The position numbers were made by a program, and so were the translations under genes. Under the pieces are notes generated by a model. It did no database searches. It was not told the origin of the DNA and worked only from the letters and a program-made list of their open reading frames with translations. Below are positions 39,485-56,395 of a stretch of 64,000 bases of DNA, piece after piece (within the stretch, counting starts at the first letter, position 1; each line of letters begins with the position of its first letter). This stretch comes from Massalongia carnosa (taxonomy: Eukaryota), in contig OZ287068.1 in NCBI GenBank assembly GCA_965645245.1, positions 1,364,001 to 1,428,000 on the forward strand, read 5' to 3'.

Positions 39485-40066
39485 AATCACGTGTTGGATG
39501 AGTTCTTGGGATTTTGAGGAGATGGGAAATTTGAGGAGGGAAAAGTGCGGTGGTTTGGTAGTCAGTGAATTTGCGGCTCAGGTTTGAAGCATGCAGGGTC
39601 CCTCGCATTGTTATCCCGCTCCGCGCTTGGCGGACAATGGCTTGGCATCCGGGATATTCACCCGAGGGAACCCCACGACAATCCTCCTTCTCACACTGAT
39701 CAAAAAGATTGAGAGAGAAGTTGAAGTAGCAAACATAACTAAAAAAAGCTTTTTGTTGAGTTTTCGATCTTTAGTTAAGATCCATTTCATTTTTCTTGTG
39801 GCAATCTTCTATGCTTCATACCCTTCTCAACTCCCTCTACTTAGTTTGATAACAGGAAGGATTCGCGTCTGGTTTCTTATTCTATTGGTTGCGTGAGGCG
39901 AAAGCTCTGCTTGAGAATTGGATATCTTGTTGACGTTAAGTTTACTATCAATTTCGTAAGGTTTTTCCTTTTCAGCTGAAATCTATAATGGTATAGAAAA
40001 AAGCTGATCGATACAGGTTCTCACATCGCTAGATTTCATCTCTCATCTCCTCCTCCACTATCAGCC

Positions 40067-40526
40067 ATGTCTTCTCAACCCCTTCTTCAAGCCGCCCCCG
40101 GTACCAAACCACCCCCTCTCCCCCCTGCTCCTCCCTCAAAATTCAAAAAACCTTCCTTCTTCACCCGCTAAAGCTGTCTCATCTATAGGAAAGCGTATCT
40201 CCCTCCCCACGCGCGTCGAGCCAAAAGTCTTCTTCGCCAACGAGCGCACCTTCCTCTCTTACCTTAACTTCACCGTTATCCTCGGTGGGCTCGCAATCGG
40301 CCTACTCAATTTCGGCGATAATATCGGGCGTATTTCGGCCGGCTTGTTCACGCTGGTGGCTATGGCTACGATGATTTATGCGCTGGTAACGTTTCATTGG
40401 CGGGCGAAGAGCATTCGCATGAGGGGGCAAGGAGGGTTTGATGATCGACTGGGGCCGACGGTATTAGCGAGTGCGCTGTTGGCGGCTGTTGTTGTAAATT
40501 TTGTGCTAAGGGTTTTGTGGGGGTGA
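40067..40526 (+). CDS. VTC1: Vacuolar transporter chaperone subunit 1
   Basis: [37 protein letters not shown]...FHWRAKSIR...DDRLGPTVL; three hydrophobic helices. Confidence 0.96.
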
Positions 40527-42060
40527 GCCGGGGGCCGGGGGCCGGGGTGGTGTGGTGGTGGGAATGCAGTGTATATATGGGGCGGCAAGGTTGTGAATGG
40601 ATTTTTTTTACTTCCCTTTTCAATATCATGAGGTTTGTATTGAGTCGGAACGGAAAGAATACAGTGGATGTCTACACATTCACCCATGCTCTCCAAGTCT
40701 ATTTAAACCCATATTTATGGCCTTTACAACGAGAATCTCACGACGAAGGACAAGATAACTGCATGCTACTAGATGGTAGGCCAGCTCGGCTGAAGGCTAA
40801 TTAATAGTAAAAATTGTTTGCCCATTGATACGTATGCCTCATCTTCTTCAACCAGGTCCTTGGCAGGTCGTGTGATATCTACCCTCTACATACCCTAGCA
40901 TGCCTAGATACATTGATTGGCGTGCCACAAGGCTAAGCAGTTGAAATGAAGGTCTCACGACGATACAAAGAGTACGACGTTGCAAGGCGAGCCGAATGAT
41001 GTATTCCGTCCAGAGCTAGGTAAAGTGATCGCAACAGAGGCTGTAGAAATATTGGAGCCGTTCTTGACTATTCTTTCCCAATGAGCAAGATGGATACATC
41101 CATGCTGTTGTATGTTGGAGCCATAATCATCATTGATTGAATGTAACACGGTGAGTCATAGTGTCTGAGATTGGACTTGTTCTGACGGGTGAAGCCTGAT
41201 CGTCGATTTTACGTTTGCGACAGTGACGTAACTTTGATTGTTTCAACGACTGTTTCAATCACTACCTTTAAGGAGTACGGAGTAGTTGGTTTGATTTAAT
41301 CTTATCAGGCATCCACGTGACAATACCCTTTTCGCCTGATTCGCTGTTGTGAATCACTGATAAGTGATAAGCCGACAAATGCCCCCTATGCATGAATGCA
41401 TGATGCCACGGCGCCTTTTAGACACCGAGAAGGCCCGTGCCTGGATCAGATCATGTGTGAAATAAATGCTCAATCCACGCTGCCGTACTCCGTACGGAAT
41501 ACAGAGTACGCTGTACAGTACATTGTATTGTACAATTAGTCCCCTAGTCCCTAGTCCATAGTCCCTGTCCCCGTATCTCCAAAGTCCGACGTCAACCGTA
41601 TCTCGTCCTCCCATTTCTACAACCCTCAATTTGGGGTCCCGTTGCGCAACACTGCCTTGTATGATTTTGTAATTTTCGAGCGATTTTTCCTCTTCCTAGT
41701 CGCTCTCTTGCTTCATTTACGATTTTTAATTAAATTATCGCGTGTTGTTTGCCCCTCTATTCTTCACTTCACGGTCGCGACCTTTTAGGCCTTAAATTCG
41801 TTGCGCCCGGGCGATTGGTTTCTTGTTGATCAAACATACTACCGAAAGATCAACAAGAACACCCTCCACAAACATCTCTCAGTATGACAAGTGCGACGCT
41901 TTCATAATTCTATCGCTCCAAGAGTGCCAAACTTGTTGTCGCTTCTAGTGCTTCCATCCAACGTACTCTGCTATAGCCTTGCTGCGTTGTCGCATTTCTG
42001 CGCATTGCCCGCAGCACCCGTTGCACCCTTTGCGCATAATCCCTTCCGGAATCACATGGC

Positions 42061-44298
42061 ATGTTCCGGCTTCCTTGGGGTAGTGGGGCGCGAAACGAGA
42101 AGGTTCCGATAGAGAAAGAGAATTTGCCAGCAACCATAAGACACCCGCTACCCATGACTCGTCCTCCGCTGTTGAACAAGATGAAGCGAAAGCGTGGGGA
42201 TAGCAGGAGCCTACCATCGCCGACAACCGACTATCATGCGGCCAAACGACGTAGTGAACCTGTTAATCACATCAAGCCTTTTGTTGCTCAAGATGATGGG
42301 CTGAGCGCTCCAAGCCAAACACAGCCACACAAAACTTATGTTTGGATCGATGAATCCTCAGCGCTAAAAGCAGAAGTCAATAATATGATGGACTCTGAGA
42401 AAATAGAAAAAGACAGGGTTTGCGCGGACGACACAAGTACTAGTGGTAGACCTGGGCAACAAGAGAAAGCAATCCCAAACACCGATGGACAATGCGCACA
42501 TTCAAACACTCGATCTATCGCGGGCCTCAGGGAGACCATCACATCGCAGTTCAGCCTCGAGATCTTGCTAAAACATAGAGAGCTAAGACTTATAGATCAG
42601 GAAATTGCCAAATGCCAGGTGGCGTTGGAACAGCTCCGCCGGTGTCAGATCATTCCGTACCCAGCTATGACGTCCAAGGTGGAAGATATTCAATCTGTTA
42701 GTTCAGGTTCCGGATACACGCCCGAGACGCACATATTACATCCACCGCCATGGGGTGTGGTGGATGGACCATACACACGTCATTATGCAAAATGGTTGAT
42801 ACCTGACCCTGCCTTTGATGTGAATGTGGAAGCCTCGAAACCTCCACAGACAGCTGGGAAGGCTTTGACGGAACGGACAACTCGGGGGTCCGCATCAGAC
42901 AAGGGCATCGCTGCTGGCAAGTCGCGCTCTCAACGAGGATCCAACAATGCGCGGCTTCAAGCACTTCCGCAAGGCTACCCAGAGCCTAAGGAGGAGAAGG
43001 GCCCGATGATTTTGAAACGCTCCACCGATGGCCAAACGGTAAAGCTAGTATGTATCGATTGTCAGAGGGACAACTTCAACAGCGCGCAGGGATTCATCAA
43101 TCACTGTCGGATTGCGCATGGTCGGGGGTTTGCCAGCCATGATGCTGCAGCTATTGCGTGTGGTGAAGTGGTAGAAGTCGATCAAACCGGAAGCGTGATG
43201 GGGGAGTCGGGCGGAACAACCAGCGCTAGTACTGGTTTGGTACATCCGTTGATCAGGTCCCCCCATGTGACTACATCAACACAAACAAACTTCTCAACTT
43301 CCACCACACAGCCAAAACATTTATCTTCATCGACCGAAACAACCAAAATATCCTCCAGACCATCCATCATTTCCCCAGCGATGTCTGCTCCAAACCCCGG
43401 CGACAGGCCTGCTGAGCTCAGAGATAGCGACTCAAGTCCTTTCACTCCTTCATCCCATACACCTCACTTGTCCGCTTTGTTTGCTCGGATCGGGCGTGGC
43501 GGAGATCTAGAGGAGATGGTTAACGAAGCAAAGACTAGACTGGATGCAAGCGGCGATACAGATCTATCTAGCGAGGACGATGATGAAGGTGAAGGTCAAC
43601 ATCAAGAGAACGATCAAGACAAAAAAGATATCTTTGAACCTGCAGAGAACCCTCACAACTTACACACGCACGGACCAATTCGTGGCGGCCGCCTTCCAAC
43701 CCGTGCAGCAGCAATATCGCCATCTCCTCCGGATCGTTCTCCAAGCAACAAAGGCGTCCATGCAACCCGCCGGCCATCACCACTTCCTCACCTCCACTCC
43801 CGTGTGAGGTATTCCTCCCCATATCCCGACTCACCACCCATACCCACATCGGCCGCCCAGCACTCTCCATCCAGCGAATCCGCGCTCATCAACCCCTCCC
43901 CAACAGCGCTCAACCTTAGCCCCCATACGCTCGAATCCCACCCTGCGCCCAGCCTCGTTTCCGATGACGGCGACTACGAAAACACGCACTCCGAGTCCGA
44001 AAGTCCTAGCTCGACTGACGATGAGGCCGACGGTCGTTACCTTGACATCGAGGTTGAGGAGGGCCATGATGACGAAATCGACGCCCTCGAAGGGGGGAAT
44101 GCCGCAGCAGCTGCCACTGACCACCATCATCTTGGCTTGGCCACGTCCGTAAAAAAACCGCATGCTCCTGCTGCTGCTAGAAGGTCTTCAGCGCTGCGCT
44201 CACCCACCGCCAATCGACCCGGTTCCGCCACCACCGAGCGCCATGTCACTTTCGCTAGTCCCGGGAGACGTTCTGAAGGTAGCAGGGGGGCGCCATAA
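42061..44298 (+). CDS. AHC1: Ahc1-like (ADA HAT complex) protein with coiled coil and C2H2 zinc finger, 745 aa
   Basis: QFSLEILLKHRELRLIDQEIAKCQVALEQLRRC; CIDC-x-NFNSAQGFINHCRIAH. Confidence 0.8.
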   Translation: MFRLPWGSGARNEKVPIEKENLPATIRHPLPMTRPPLLNKMKRKRGDSRSLPSPTTDYHAAKRRSEPVNHIKPFVAQDDGLSAPSQTQPHKTYVWIDESSALKAEVNNMMDSEKIEKDRVCADDTSTSGRPGQQEKAIPNTDGQCAHSNTRSIAGLRETITSQFSLEILLKHRELRLIDQEIAKCQVALEQLRRCQIIPYPAMTSKVEDIQSVSSGSGYTPETHILHPPPWGVVDGPYTRHYAKWLIPDPAFDVNVEASKPPQTAGKALTERTTRGSASDKGIAAGKSRSQRGSNNARLQALPQGYPEPKEEKGPMILKRSTDGQTVKLVCIDCQRDNFNSAQGFINHCRIAHGRGFASHDAAAIACGEVVEVDQTGSVMGESGGTTSASTGLVHPLIRSPHVTTSTQTNFSTSTTQPKHLSSSTETTKISSRPSIISPAMSAPNPGDRPAELRDSDSSPFTPSSHTPHLSALFARIGRGGDLEEMVNEAKTRLDASGDTDLSSEDDDEGEGQHQENDQDKKDIFEPAENPHNLHTHGPIRGGRLPTRAAAISPSPPDRSPSNKGVHATRRPSPLPHLHSRVRYSSPYPDSPPIPTSAAQHSPSSESALINPSPTALNLSPHTLESHPAPSLVSDDGDYENTHSESESPSSTDDEADGRYLDIEVEEGHDDEIDALEGGNAAAAATDHHHLGLATSVKKPHAPAAARRSSALRSPTANRPGSATTERHVTFASPGRRSEGSRGAP

Positions 44299-46246
44299 GG
44301 ATTGTGCAAATAAAGCGCTGGGAATTAAGTGAGAATGCTGTGTACGCTGGGGAATCACATACTTTGTTACCTGTTATACCCCCAATTTGTCTGAGATTCC
44401 CCCATGCAAAGGTTGTACGACGATGAGATCTCTTCTCTTTTCACTAAACGGTCCGGTTGGACTGCATAGTTTTGTCTTTTATTTTCATCCACCCCCCCTT
44501 CTTATTCTCCTTCTCCTTTTCCCCACTAAAGCGGGGCGAGCGAGCTTTGGCGTTTTCGTGCGGAAGCCAGGTCCTTGGGTTCCTTGGGTTCACACTCTGG
44601 ACTCCCCTGTTCCACAGACACACACACACACACACAGCCGCCCCTAACCCCTTATGTCTCTCCCAGTCAATTCTAACGTGTCATTTTGTTGTCATCGAGA
44701 ACCAGGCGACAGTCTGTTAGCAAAATAAAGCAAAGCGTTGTATGCATGTATGTACAACAACAAAAACAACACAAGAAGTAAATCAGGCATCCGGTACCGT
44801 ACCCTTCCTTGTTGTACTCGCCTAACTACTCTAGTTCTCTTAGTCGAGCAATGCGAATAGGTGCTGAAGGAGTTAGGTACGCTCCGTACTTATCAAGCTC
44901 ATCCATCTATTCATCCTTTCTTCTTTTACTTTCTTTCTATCTTCCCACCTTCCTTCTCCCCAGTCCATCTCCCCCCGCCATTTCCCCTTTCATTCTCACG
45001 ACCAATCTCGCGCACCACACAAACAGACAATTCTCCACCCTCACATAGCTTCAGTACACAACCGTCCCTCCACCCCCTTCACCCTTTCCATAGAAAGAAA
45101 CGAAAAAAAGCCACACCAAAGAATAGCCCAGTCTTTCGAAACCAATACCCGTAGGTATTCAGCGTTATGCCATGCCATGCCATGCCATGTCGTTGCATTC
45201 CTAGTACATTCCTGCTATACTATACCATACAATACATACATACCTACCCGAGCCCAAGAAAAACAATAAAATAAAAACAAGTCCCAATCCCCAAGCCCAA
45301 CGGTCGACTCCCCTCCTCTCCTCTCCTCACCTCCGTGTACTCCGTGGCTCTAACTATATAAACTCTATGTTACAACAGCCCTCCCAAAAAAGTAAAATCT
45401 AAATACTTTATATACCTACCTACCTACCTACATACCCCTAACTCTACCTCCCAACACAGGGCTACCCCGTACGAGTACATACATACCCAGCAAAGAGCAA
45501 ACAGCAGTATCTAATGGTCGGTTTTTGTTGTTGTTGTTATTATTTACACTGTCTGTTTGTAAGAATTGTTGTTTTCGTTTGTTGTTGTTTTTTTTGGATA
45601 GAATGATTGACAGAATGGTATGGGATTTGCTTTTGTCATCTGCTTGGTTCTATTTCGTTTGATTGCCGATGTAGGGGTTTGGAAGATCGATAGGTAAAGG
45701 AAAGAAATATCTATAAAAAGATGATGGATATAAAACGCGGAATAGAAAGACTAAAAAACTCTATAGGGAAGAAGGGAATGGGAGTATTTGGGGTACTAGG
45801 ATGATCTGTTATTTATTCCATCATATTTCCCTTTAACTACATCCTCAATATGGGAAGAATCCTTTCTCTGTTCTTTCTTTTCAACCAACAAAGGCTTGGC
45901 TTTTCCCATACCTAACTCTCACACCTCTAAAGACCCAGCTACATCCGCGCATCCTCCATTTATTTTCCCTCCCTCCTCTCTTTGTCCCCCCCCGGGGCCA
46001 GAATCGCACCATACACCTCAATCGGGTACTTCAACCACCTCCATCTCCCCCACTCACAGGGCACTAGATTTCCAAAGTCCTGAGCTCAAGAAACTAAAGC
46101 TTTTTCTCCTCGCCGTATCAGCTGCACTACCGTGTGACAATACGTTTGTGTCGGATCTGACCGATAGAGAGAGGGAAGGGCAGCGGGGTCGTGGATGGAG
46201 AGGGAGGGAGGGAGGCAGATGTCACTAATATTTACCCCAGCTATAT

Positions 46247-48574
46247 TTATGGAGTTTCAAGTTTGTCTTTAGTCGCAAAGAACACAGAGTCCTCCTTCAC
46301 TACCTTTCTGCTGCATATATGCCCCATCGGTGTGTGCAAAAAATCCTTTCCTTTGCGCCTTGTTAATAGCCACTGTTGGAGAAGCTCGAGTGGAGCCTCC
46401 GTGAAAGGCTCCGGAACCGTTCCCAGCCCGTGGTTCCTAGTATCGTAAAACGGCAACATGCCCCATTCGCCTTCCTCCGGCGATGGGCTGTTGGAGAATG
46501 GTAAGCTAATAACTTGGCATATAGACGGATACTCTGTGCAGTCAAAGTACAAACCGCAGTCAAAGTACAAACGTCCAGTGAATATCCCAAGGTCTCGGAT
46601 TAACTAGCGCGGCGACTATTCTAAGGGACGGCTTGATACGCTATAGAATTTGAGGGTGTCAAATGTGAGCATACTTCTCGTGGCAGGTGCAATATAGCCG
46701 AGTAGATGAGTGCAAGAAACCCTGCTTGTACGAGTTTCGTCAATCAGTTCCTCCGCTTCGAAAAGGCTAATAATTAGTGCCGCGTGAGAGAGATCGCTCC
46801 GCAAGACCTATTGCACCGGCCGGAGATATTTATCTCGCGGCTGTCCACAAACTGTAGGTGTTGTAGTCATAAATTCGGCCGTGAAAAAGAACTTTGAGCC
46901 TGTTGCGCTGCTATGGATGCCAAGCCGCATACCCAAAGCGGTACGGCGCATCGCGACGAAGGCCTGCTCATATGCTCCTGCGTTGGCAATCAGCAGGCCT
47001 CGTCTGGCGAGTCTGAGGATAAAGAACTGTTGATGGTTTCATGACTTGAACGAGGAATCCGATTGTGGGTGCCTGGCCTTTTCGAAAATTTGTGAAGCTG
47101 TCCCGATTAGGGGCCGCTAAAGACTGAAACTCTTTCATAATTGTAAATGCTATAAGTATCCTAATGAGGACAATGTCTAATATTCTTCCAAGGGAAATTA
47201 TTGCAAAGAAAAACATTACTCCATATATATCTTCTGATCGAGCTAGTTTTGGACAGTACTTAGAAGAACGAGCCCCAATGCGAAGTGATATCAAGGCTTA
47301 TATTTCATTTAAGAAGTAGAGTGAAAACGACTGATCATCTTGATAGCCTTGGATCATAGGCCATCCTTCCAGTATACTTGCAAGCTCTTTGGTGACAGCG
47401 ATTTGGTATTGATTCGGCTGACGGAAGAAACACGGTCTCATGCAATGAACAACCTATCCAAAGATTTCTTCACATGAGGGCTGTAATGGCTAGATCGATA
47501 GTTGTCAATACGCGTGTACACGCGTGTCATTAAATGGATGTCGTTGCTGGAACTCTTCGCTAGGTGGCTCTTTAGCCCCTGTGTTAAAGCCGTATAACTC
47601 CCTACATTGGCGAAGGATCTGTAAGATAGCTGGATAAAACTCGTCATATTGTGCTGAGGATGCCAGACTCTCCAACCAGACGGTTTTCTGCTGGACTCTC
47701 ATGTCTGTTGGATAATATAATCTTTGCGGGGTGAGTGCAGAGATACTTAATAGCAGACGATACGCCTCCTCATCAACTGGAGCCCAAGGCTGTGCAGTAC
47801 CTGACGACAGAAAGTGGGAAGCCTCTTCGATACCTGTTCTTCCTATTAACGGATATGCTTGGACGAACACGGTGATTGCATGGCAGAGAGCCTTCATATA
47901 TGACCCTAGGTTCTGTGGGACATTCGAGTCGATAAAGAATACTGTTAATGGTGAAGCGATAGTAGAACCCCGGATGCTGAATCCTTACATGGACATGCCC
48001 ATTGTGTCGCCGAATTCCAGTAGGTCCCATCGCAACTGCGATACTCCGCTCATACGGATTGCTGACATCACGCAAGACAAGCTTACTCTCGAAGCCATAA
48101 AATGTGCCCGCATCTTGATTGTCATCTATGACGGCTCGCAGTTGCTATGATTCCTTAAGCTTTGACAATCTCAAAGAAAGACTTCTTTTGATCGGCTGAA
48201 ACACCAGTAATTGAGTTCGATGTTCAAACGGCTCAACTATGCTGGCACTACGGTGAAAGACTGCACTCCGCACATCCACCAAAAAACTGGTTCTCCTTTG
48301 CACATGGCCTTTCCATATGTTGAGCATCCAATCGCTTTTATTTCGGATGCCACATGCTTGATTGAGGCCTAATATTTCACAAACCTGGCTTGATGTTTAA
48401 ATAATGGGCGTGTTTTTGGATCAATGGCATCGGGAGATCAGCAGCATCTGCAGCATTTGACCCAAAAAATACTTCAGGTGACACTAGCTCCAGGATCAGC
48501 TTTCCCATTAGGAGTGTTAGTATGTTGAGGTTTTTGATAACTGGAGGGTCTTGTACTGTGTGAAAGAGTTCCAA
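46247..48574 (-). pseudogene. Degraded, internally deleted relic of a very large DUF3638/DUF3645-type protein gene
   Basis: Fragments DLPMPLIQ, RRTSFLVDVRS, KALCHAIT..PLIGRTGIEEA..LTPQRLYYP..QYDEF and C-terminal RRKGKDFLHTPMGHIC, broken by stops and frameshifts; family call from recall of motifs. Confidence 0.7.
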
Positions 48575-49665
48575 CTCTCAGCAACTAAATTTTCTTAGCC
48601 TATTCAAGTAACCGCACAAATTTGTAGCTGATATGCTCTGTCAGCTAGAATTAGTTCCTGGAGACTACATCAGGTTGATGTAAGCGTATTTAAATGCGAG
48701 GGCGAGATGTAGTGTGCAGTTATAGGAAAAATCGTGCCCTCAGCTGCTCACTTGATTTTTCTATACTCTAGCCAGAATCTGCTATAGGATTGTCCTAATG
48801 GGGACAGCAAGTCTTCTCGTCGGAAAACCCCACCACTATGCTCAAGGGTAGTTGTATACGCGGTCCAGGCATCCTCGATGCCGCTGGAATACAATTTGCT
48901 TTTGTCAGCTTTTAGAGTAGCTCTAGCGTTCAATACTGTCTGAGTTCCTGTTCCATCTATATATAAAATGAGCTCACTAAAACGAAAAAATACTAAGAAT
49001 ACGTACCTAAAGACAGAATATATTGTGCACCCAACCCATATAGTTTACAAAGAGAAGACTCATCTACGGCTACCACTGGCATAAAGTGAGGCACGTTACT
49101 GCATCCGCATGATGGGCAGCAATATTTCCTGCCGAGATAAAAGGATGGGTGTTGAATATCTAACCTTGAAGTATGTCACGGCGAAAGGTATCGATAAACA
49201 TATGCCGGATCTGTAATATGAGGAAAGATAATGAAGTGGGAAGCAACAGGGAGGCATGCATGAAATCTGTGAGGGTGGCTAGAAGAAACCAAAGCGGTGG
49301 AAGAAATGGAGGGATGGAAGGAAATAACAGTATAGAGATAAATAGACCAAAAAAAATCAATACTGATAAGTTAGAAGTATCCTCAAGAAAAGAAAGGGAT
49401 ATGAAATAAGAAGAATGAGGTAGAAGACGACATGGAGCGAAGATGGAGTAAGAGGAAGCTGATGCAATGACGGACAACGACGGCAGATGAGGGCCAGGTA
49501 AGAATGGTAAATCCGAAGTATAAAAATCCCAAAGGCAAGAAGAAGAAAGCTTGTTGGTAAGCCCGAAGGCATGAAGCTCCAACGCCACGTCAAGGCCAAG
49601 GTCGTGCTAATTTCAACAAAGGAAAGAAATATATGACTAGTTTTGAAGTAAGGACAAATAAAGGT

Positions 49666-49710
49666 TAGGAAAGGTAGGAAAGGCAGGAAAGGCAGGAAAG
49701 GCAGGAAAGG
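49666..49710. repeat. 9-bp tandem repeat AGGAAAGG(C/T), about 5 copies, in a purine-skewed tract
   Basis: Directly visible. Confidence 0.85.
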
Positions 49711-51477
49711 ATTACTAAGAAAACTACTTAGAGACAGAGATAAGGAAGAAGTAGATGAAGTGATGTGATGAAAATATATGAAAGACGAGGCGATAAGACT
49801 AGAAGATATAGAAGAGAAAATATAAGTATTTCGGAAGATGAAAGAAAAATTAAATTAGATGTGAAAGAGAAGATAGCTTTGAGGTTCATGAAAGATACTG
49901 AAGGTGGCGAAGAGATGAGATTGGGATGAGAGCAGGAATAAGGAAGGTAGAAAACGTATGCATTATCAAAGACAATTATGCGATCCTTCCTTCATACCGC
50001 CTCCATGCCTGGCACATGTGCCCCAATCTTAGTTATACTTTATGCGTGGCGAACAACTGGGACGATGCCTTTCCTTTCGTCAAGCATCCAAGATAGAGAT
50101 TACATCCAGTCCCTTTCCCCGGGTTGGAGAACGCAACGAGCACCTCCTAGCCAAGGCTAGTTAGGATACGGGCAATGGGGAGATTTTAGTAGCTAGTGAC
50201 GGAAATAGGAGGAGATTATGACAAATGCACTTTCGCTGGAATAAAGGGTCTGGAGGGCCAACATGGCTAGACATATAGGTTGCCGGGTCAGCATGGTAGG
50301 TGTTGAACAAAAAATCAACCAGGCATACGGCAGCGGGATGCAGGAGAAGAGGGTCTATGGCTATCAAGGATAGGCAAAGAGAAGTGCTTGGCAAACGTGA
50401 TGCAGGTACTCCGTATTTCCAGTGAAGATAGTCCAAATTTAGCTATCTGCTGAACTGAATTCTGAACGACTGAATAGCTAAATTACATGAGGAATCACCG
50501 TCTCTTTATACTGCTTGAGTGCCTCCATCTCGGCCTATATCAAATGCATGAACCTGCTTCCTTTGAGCCTTTTCAGCTGGGCAAAATACACCTTATTGCT
50601 CACCGGAGACACCGAGACACTCAGTGATCATGAACAGCTGAATTGTCTACGAAATGTAGCATTTTTGCTGCATACCTTTGCCTCCTCGTAGTTGCCGAAG
50701 TCGTGCCGATATCTGAAGCTTTTCGCATAGCATATGATTGCCTAATCTGGAAATTAGTAAGCAGGAGGCAAAGAACCTCGGTCGCAAATATTCAGGTATC
50801 TTGGCAAATTCCAATAGTAGGCATTTTCTTCTCCAGGGTTGCGAGTCCTCCGTGGTTACTGAGTTACTGTTGGTAAGTAACGATAAGGTGAGGGGTGGAT
50901 ATCCTGATACGATGGATTTGATGCAAAATCTTGGATAAGAAGAGGACCTATCGATAGAGGGCTTACAGATAGGGGGATAGTGACTGGCCAAGGGAAGGTC
51001 ATAGAGAGGTCGGAAATCAAAAAGTGAGGGAGACGCAACTACAAACGGGAAGATTGGAGTATTGATACTACTGTCTAGGAGCGAAAGGAACTTGGGAAGG
51101 ACTCATATTTGGACTGTAATTACACTGACAAATAGGGAGATCTCGAGGAACAGAATACTTTTCCAGTCTACTCAAGAATAGAATATACTCCAGCGGTGAA
51201 GTACTTTTGACAGAATCACAAAACGAGGGCGAAAAGCAAGGAGGAATTCACAAGCTAGATTATTTTCCATACCAGTGTTGCCACAGCCGGTAACTTCTGT
51301 TATGAAGATCTACAGCCCGAACAGAGAGAGAGAGAGAGAGGCGTCCCACTTCAAGCGCTCCGTCCCAATGGGTTATGAAACAATAATTCCCTGAATACCT
51401 ACCTCAGCCTGCACATCGTAAACACCGTGTACAAGGCAATGACTGGAGAACACCGCCCAGAATATAACCTTCGCCGT

Positions 51478-54441
<2,964 letters not shown>

Positions 54442-55089
54442 AATATCTCAAGCACCCGACAGACTTCTAACGAACGACCTCACGGTTTCTTCAGCCCCTT
54501 GAGTGCGTTGACGAAGGTTAAAGCTGGATTGAAGACCGGTTTGAGAGTCAAAGTATCCAAGGCAATTGAGGCTGTGCAGCGCAGCTGAATATTAAATCTC
54601 TGAACGGAACATCCTGTGCTCGGTTGTGACAAAGCTTCTGGAGAAGCACAAGCAAATGATATAGAGGATGGATAGGTGAGTTGTGAGATTCATGGATCAA
54701 GACAAAAGGGAGTTGTAAAGGTTCATGACCCCGCTAGCGCTGGATGCCCATTATAGATTTACGGTACATTTCTTCCGTTTAAAGAGGCTAGTAAGGAAAG
54801 AGGTAGAAGATAACTCTGAAGGATGATCCGTTCCGGAAATCAATAACACGATTTTTTGACAAGAAAGAAAAAGATTTACGTTTCTAAGCCTTTGCTATGT
54901 TCACTTGTTCAAGGGTTTTAGGTGATTGGAACATATCAATAGCTTTTCCATCCAGAGAAGTTCTTCTATCAATATACAAATTTGCCTTTGAGGCTGAAGC
55001 CATTGCACCTGGGAAAACACGGAGCCCTTTTTGACAGTCTGATGCCTTCCAGTACCAGTACACGTTGTGGATTCAATATCCTACATACC

Positions 55090-56018
55090 TTAGTACGGCG
55101 CATAGCCTCTTGCTCTACCTCTGTAGCCACCACGATACCCACTACGAGGAGGATACCCGCCACGATCGTAACCTCCTCGTTCGTATCCGCTTCGAGGAAA
55201 GCCTCCTCGGCCTCCTCGAGGGCCACTACGGCCACCACGTCCACCACGAGTCATACCGGGTAAATTGGTACGCTTAGGGACAACCTAAAACAGAAGTGGT
55301 CAGTCCAAATTAAATGATCTTGATAATCGATAAGCGAGGTTCCACTAACCTTGAGGTTCCTTCCTCTGAACATGCTTTCATTTAGAACTAGTGCCTGAGC
55401 AACAAGCTGGGGCTCAGTAAATTCCACGTACGCATACCTGCACCATACCATTAGCGATCCATCTCTTGCCAGGTAGCGAGAATGATTGAAGGTTTGGAAC
55501 ATAACAAGCGTACTAGCAGCATGCTAAGATGGAACGCTTAGGATTGAGAGACCAACCCTTTTGGGTGTCCCGTGAACTTGTCCAGAAGAATTGTCACCCG
55601 GTTGATGGAGCCACAACTCTGGAAATGCGCCTGAATTTCCTCTGGAGACGCGCCATAATCCACATTCCCAACAAAGATACTTCGCGCATCGATATCCTCC
55701 TTATCCTCTCGTAGGTCATGATCTTGCTGGTCAAGCGAAGCTTGCATTTCCCGTAGCTTCGCAGCTTCAGCTTCCATTTCCGCAACTCGTCTCTTCATCG
55801 CTGATATCTCTTCCTGCATATGATTTTATCAGCCCCTGCTCTTGCCATATGCTTTATCTCAATCAATCATCCTTTAACTTCGCGCATTGAGTTTATGTAC
55901 GAGTACGATATGCCGCAAGGCAACGGTAATGAGAGGGCCAAGCTCTTACTTCGTCATCTCCACCTTCATCATGGGCTTGAACATGCTCAACCTCTGCTTT
56001 GATACCATTATCGGACAT
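55090..56018 (-). CDS. PABPN1: Nuclear poly(A)-binding protein 2 (PABPN1/Pab2/Sgn1-like RRM with RGG tail)
   Basis: [59 protein letters not shown]-rich tail ending APY*. Confidence 0.93.
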
Positions 56019-56395
56019 GGCGAGTTGGAGGTTGCGCGCTGGCGCGTGTTACTGCGCAACAATATCAAAGAATTTGAGCAAATTTGTGCAACGATAATAT
56101 TATCAACCAGAGTAAGACAGTTTTCCAGTGAAGATAAATGTGTTGTTGTGACAAAGATCAATGAGTGAATAAATCTTGGAGAGAATGAATGCGAGTGTTG
56201 AATCTCAATTATTTCTTTGCAAGGAAAAAGCCGAAGCTCATTCCGAAAGCTGTAACATTCTCCCACACTAGGCTAAAACTAGCGTTTTTTAAATCACGTG
56301 GACGATATAACGTCACAGTGGACTCGACGCCTTTCATGAAAGGTTCTTCGAAACCGATGAAACGTTTTTCGCTCCCTCGAATTCCTCAGCATGCA

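Noticed and set aside
39692..39895. Possible third CAC...GTG MITE between Tctex-1 and VTC1
   Set aside because: Ends are not complementary beyond a few bases and there is no TSD.
44300..46200. Dense short repeats (CA, ATGCC, TACC, TTG) and short ORFs
   Set aside because: Ordinary microsatellite-rich intergenic DNA; no repeat-spacer (CRISPR-like) organisation here or elsewhere in the window.
47479..47491. GGCTGTAATGGCT resembling the fungal SRP RNA Alu motif
   Set aside because: Lies inside the DUF3638-type pseudogene; no SRP helix 8 motif found downstream.
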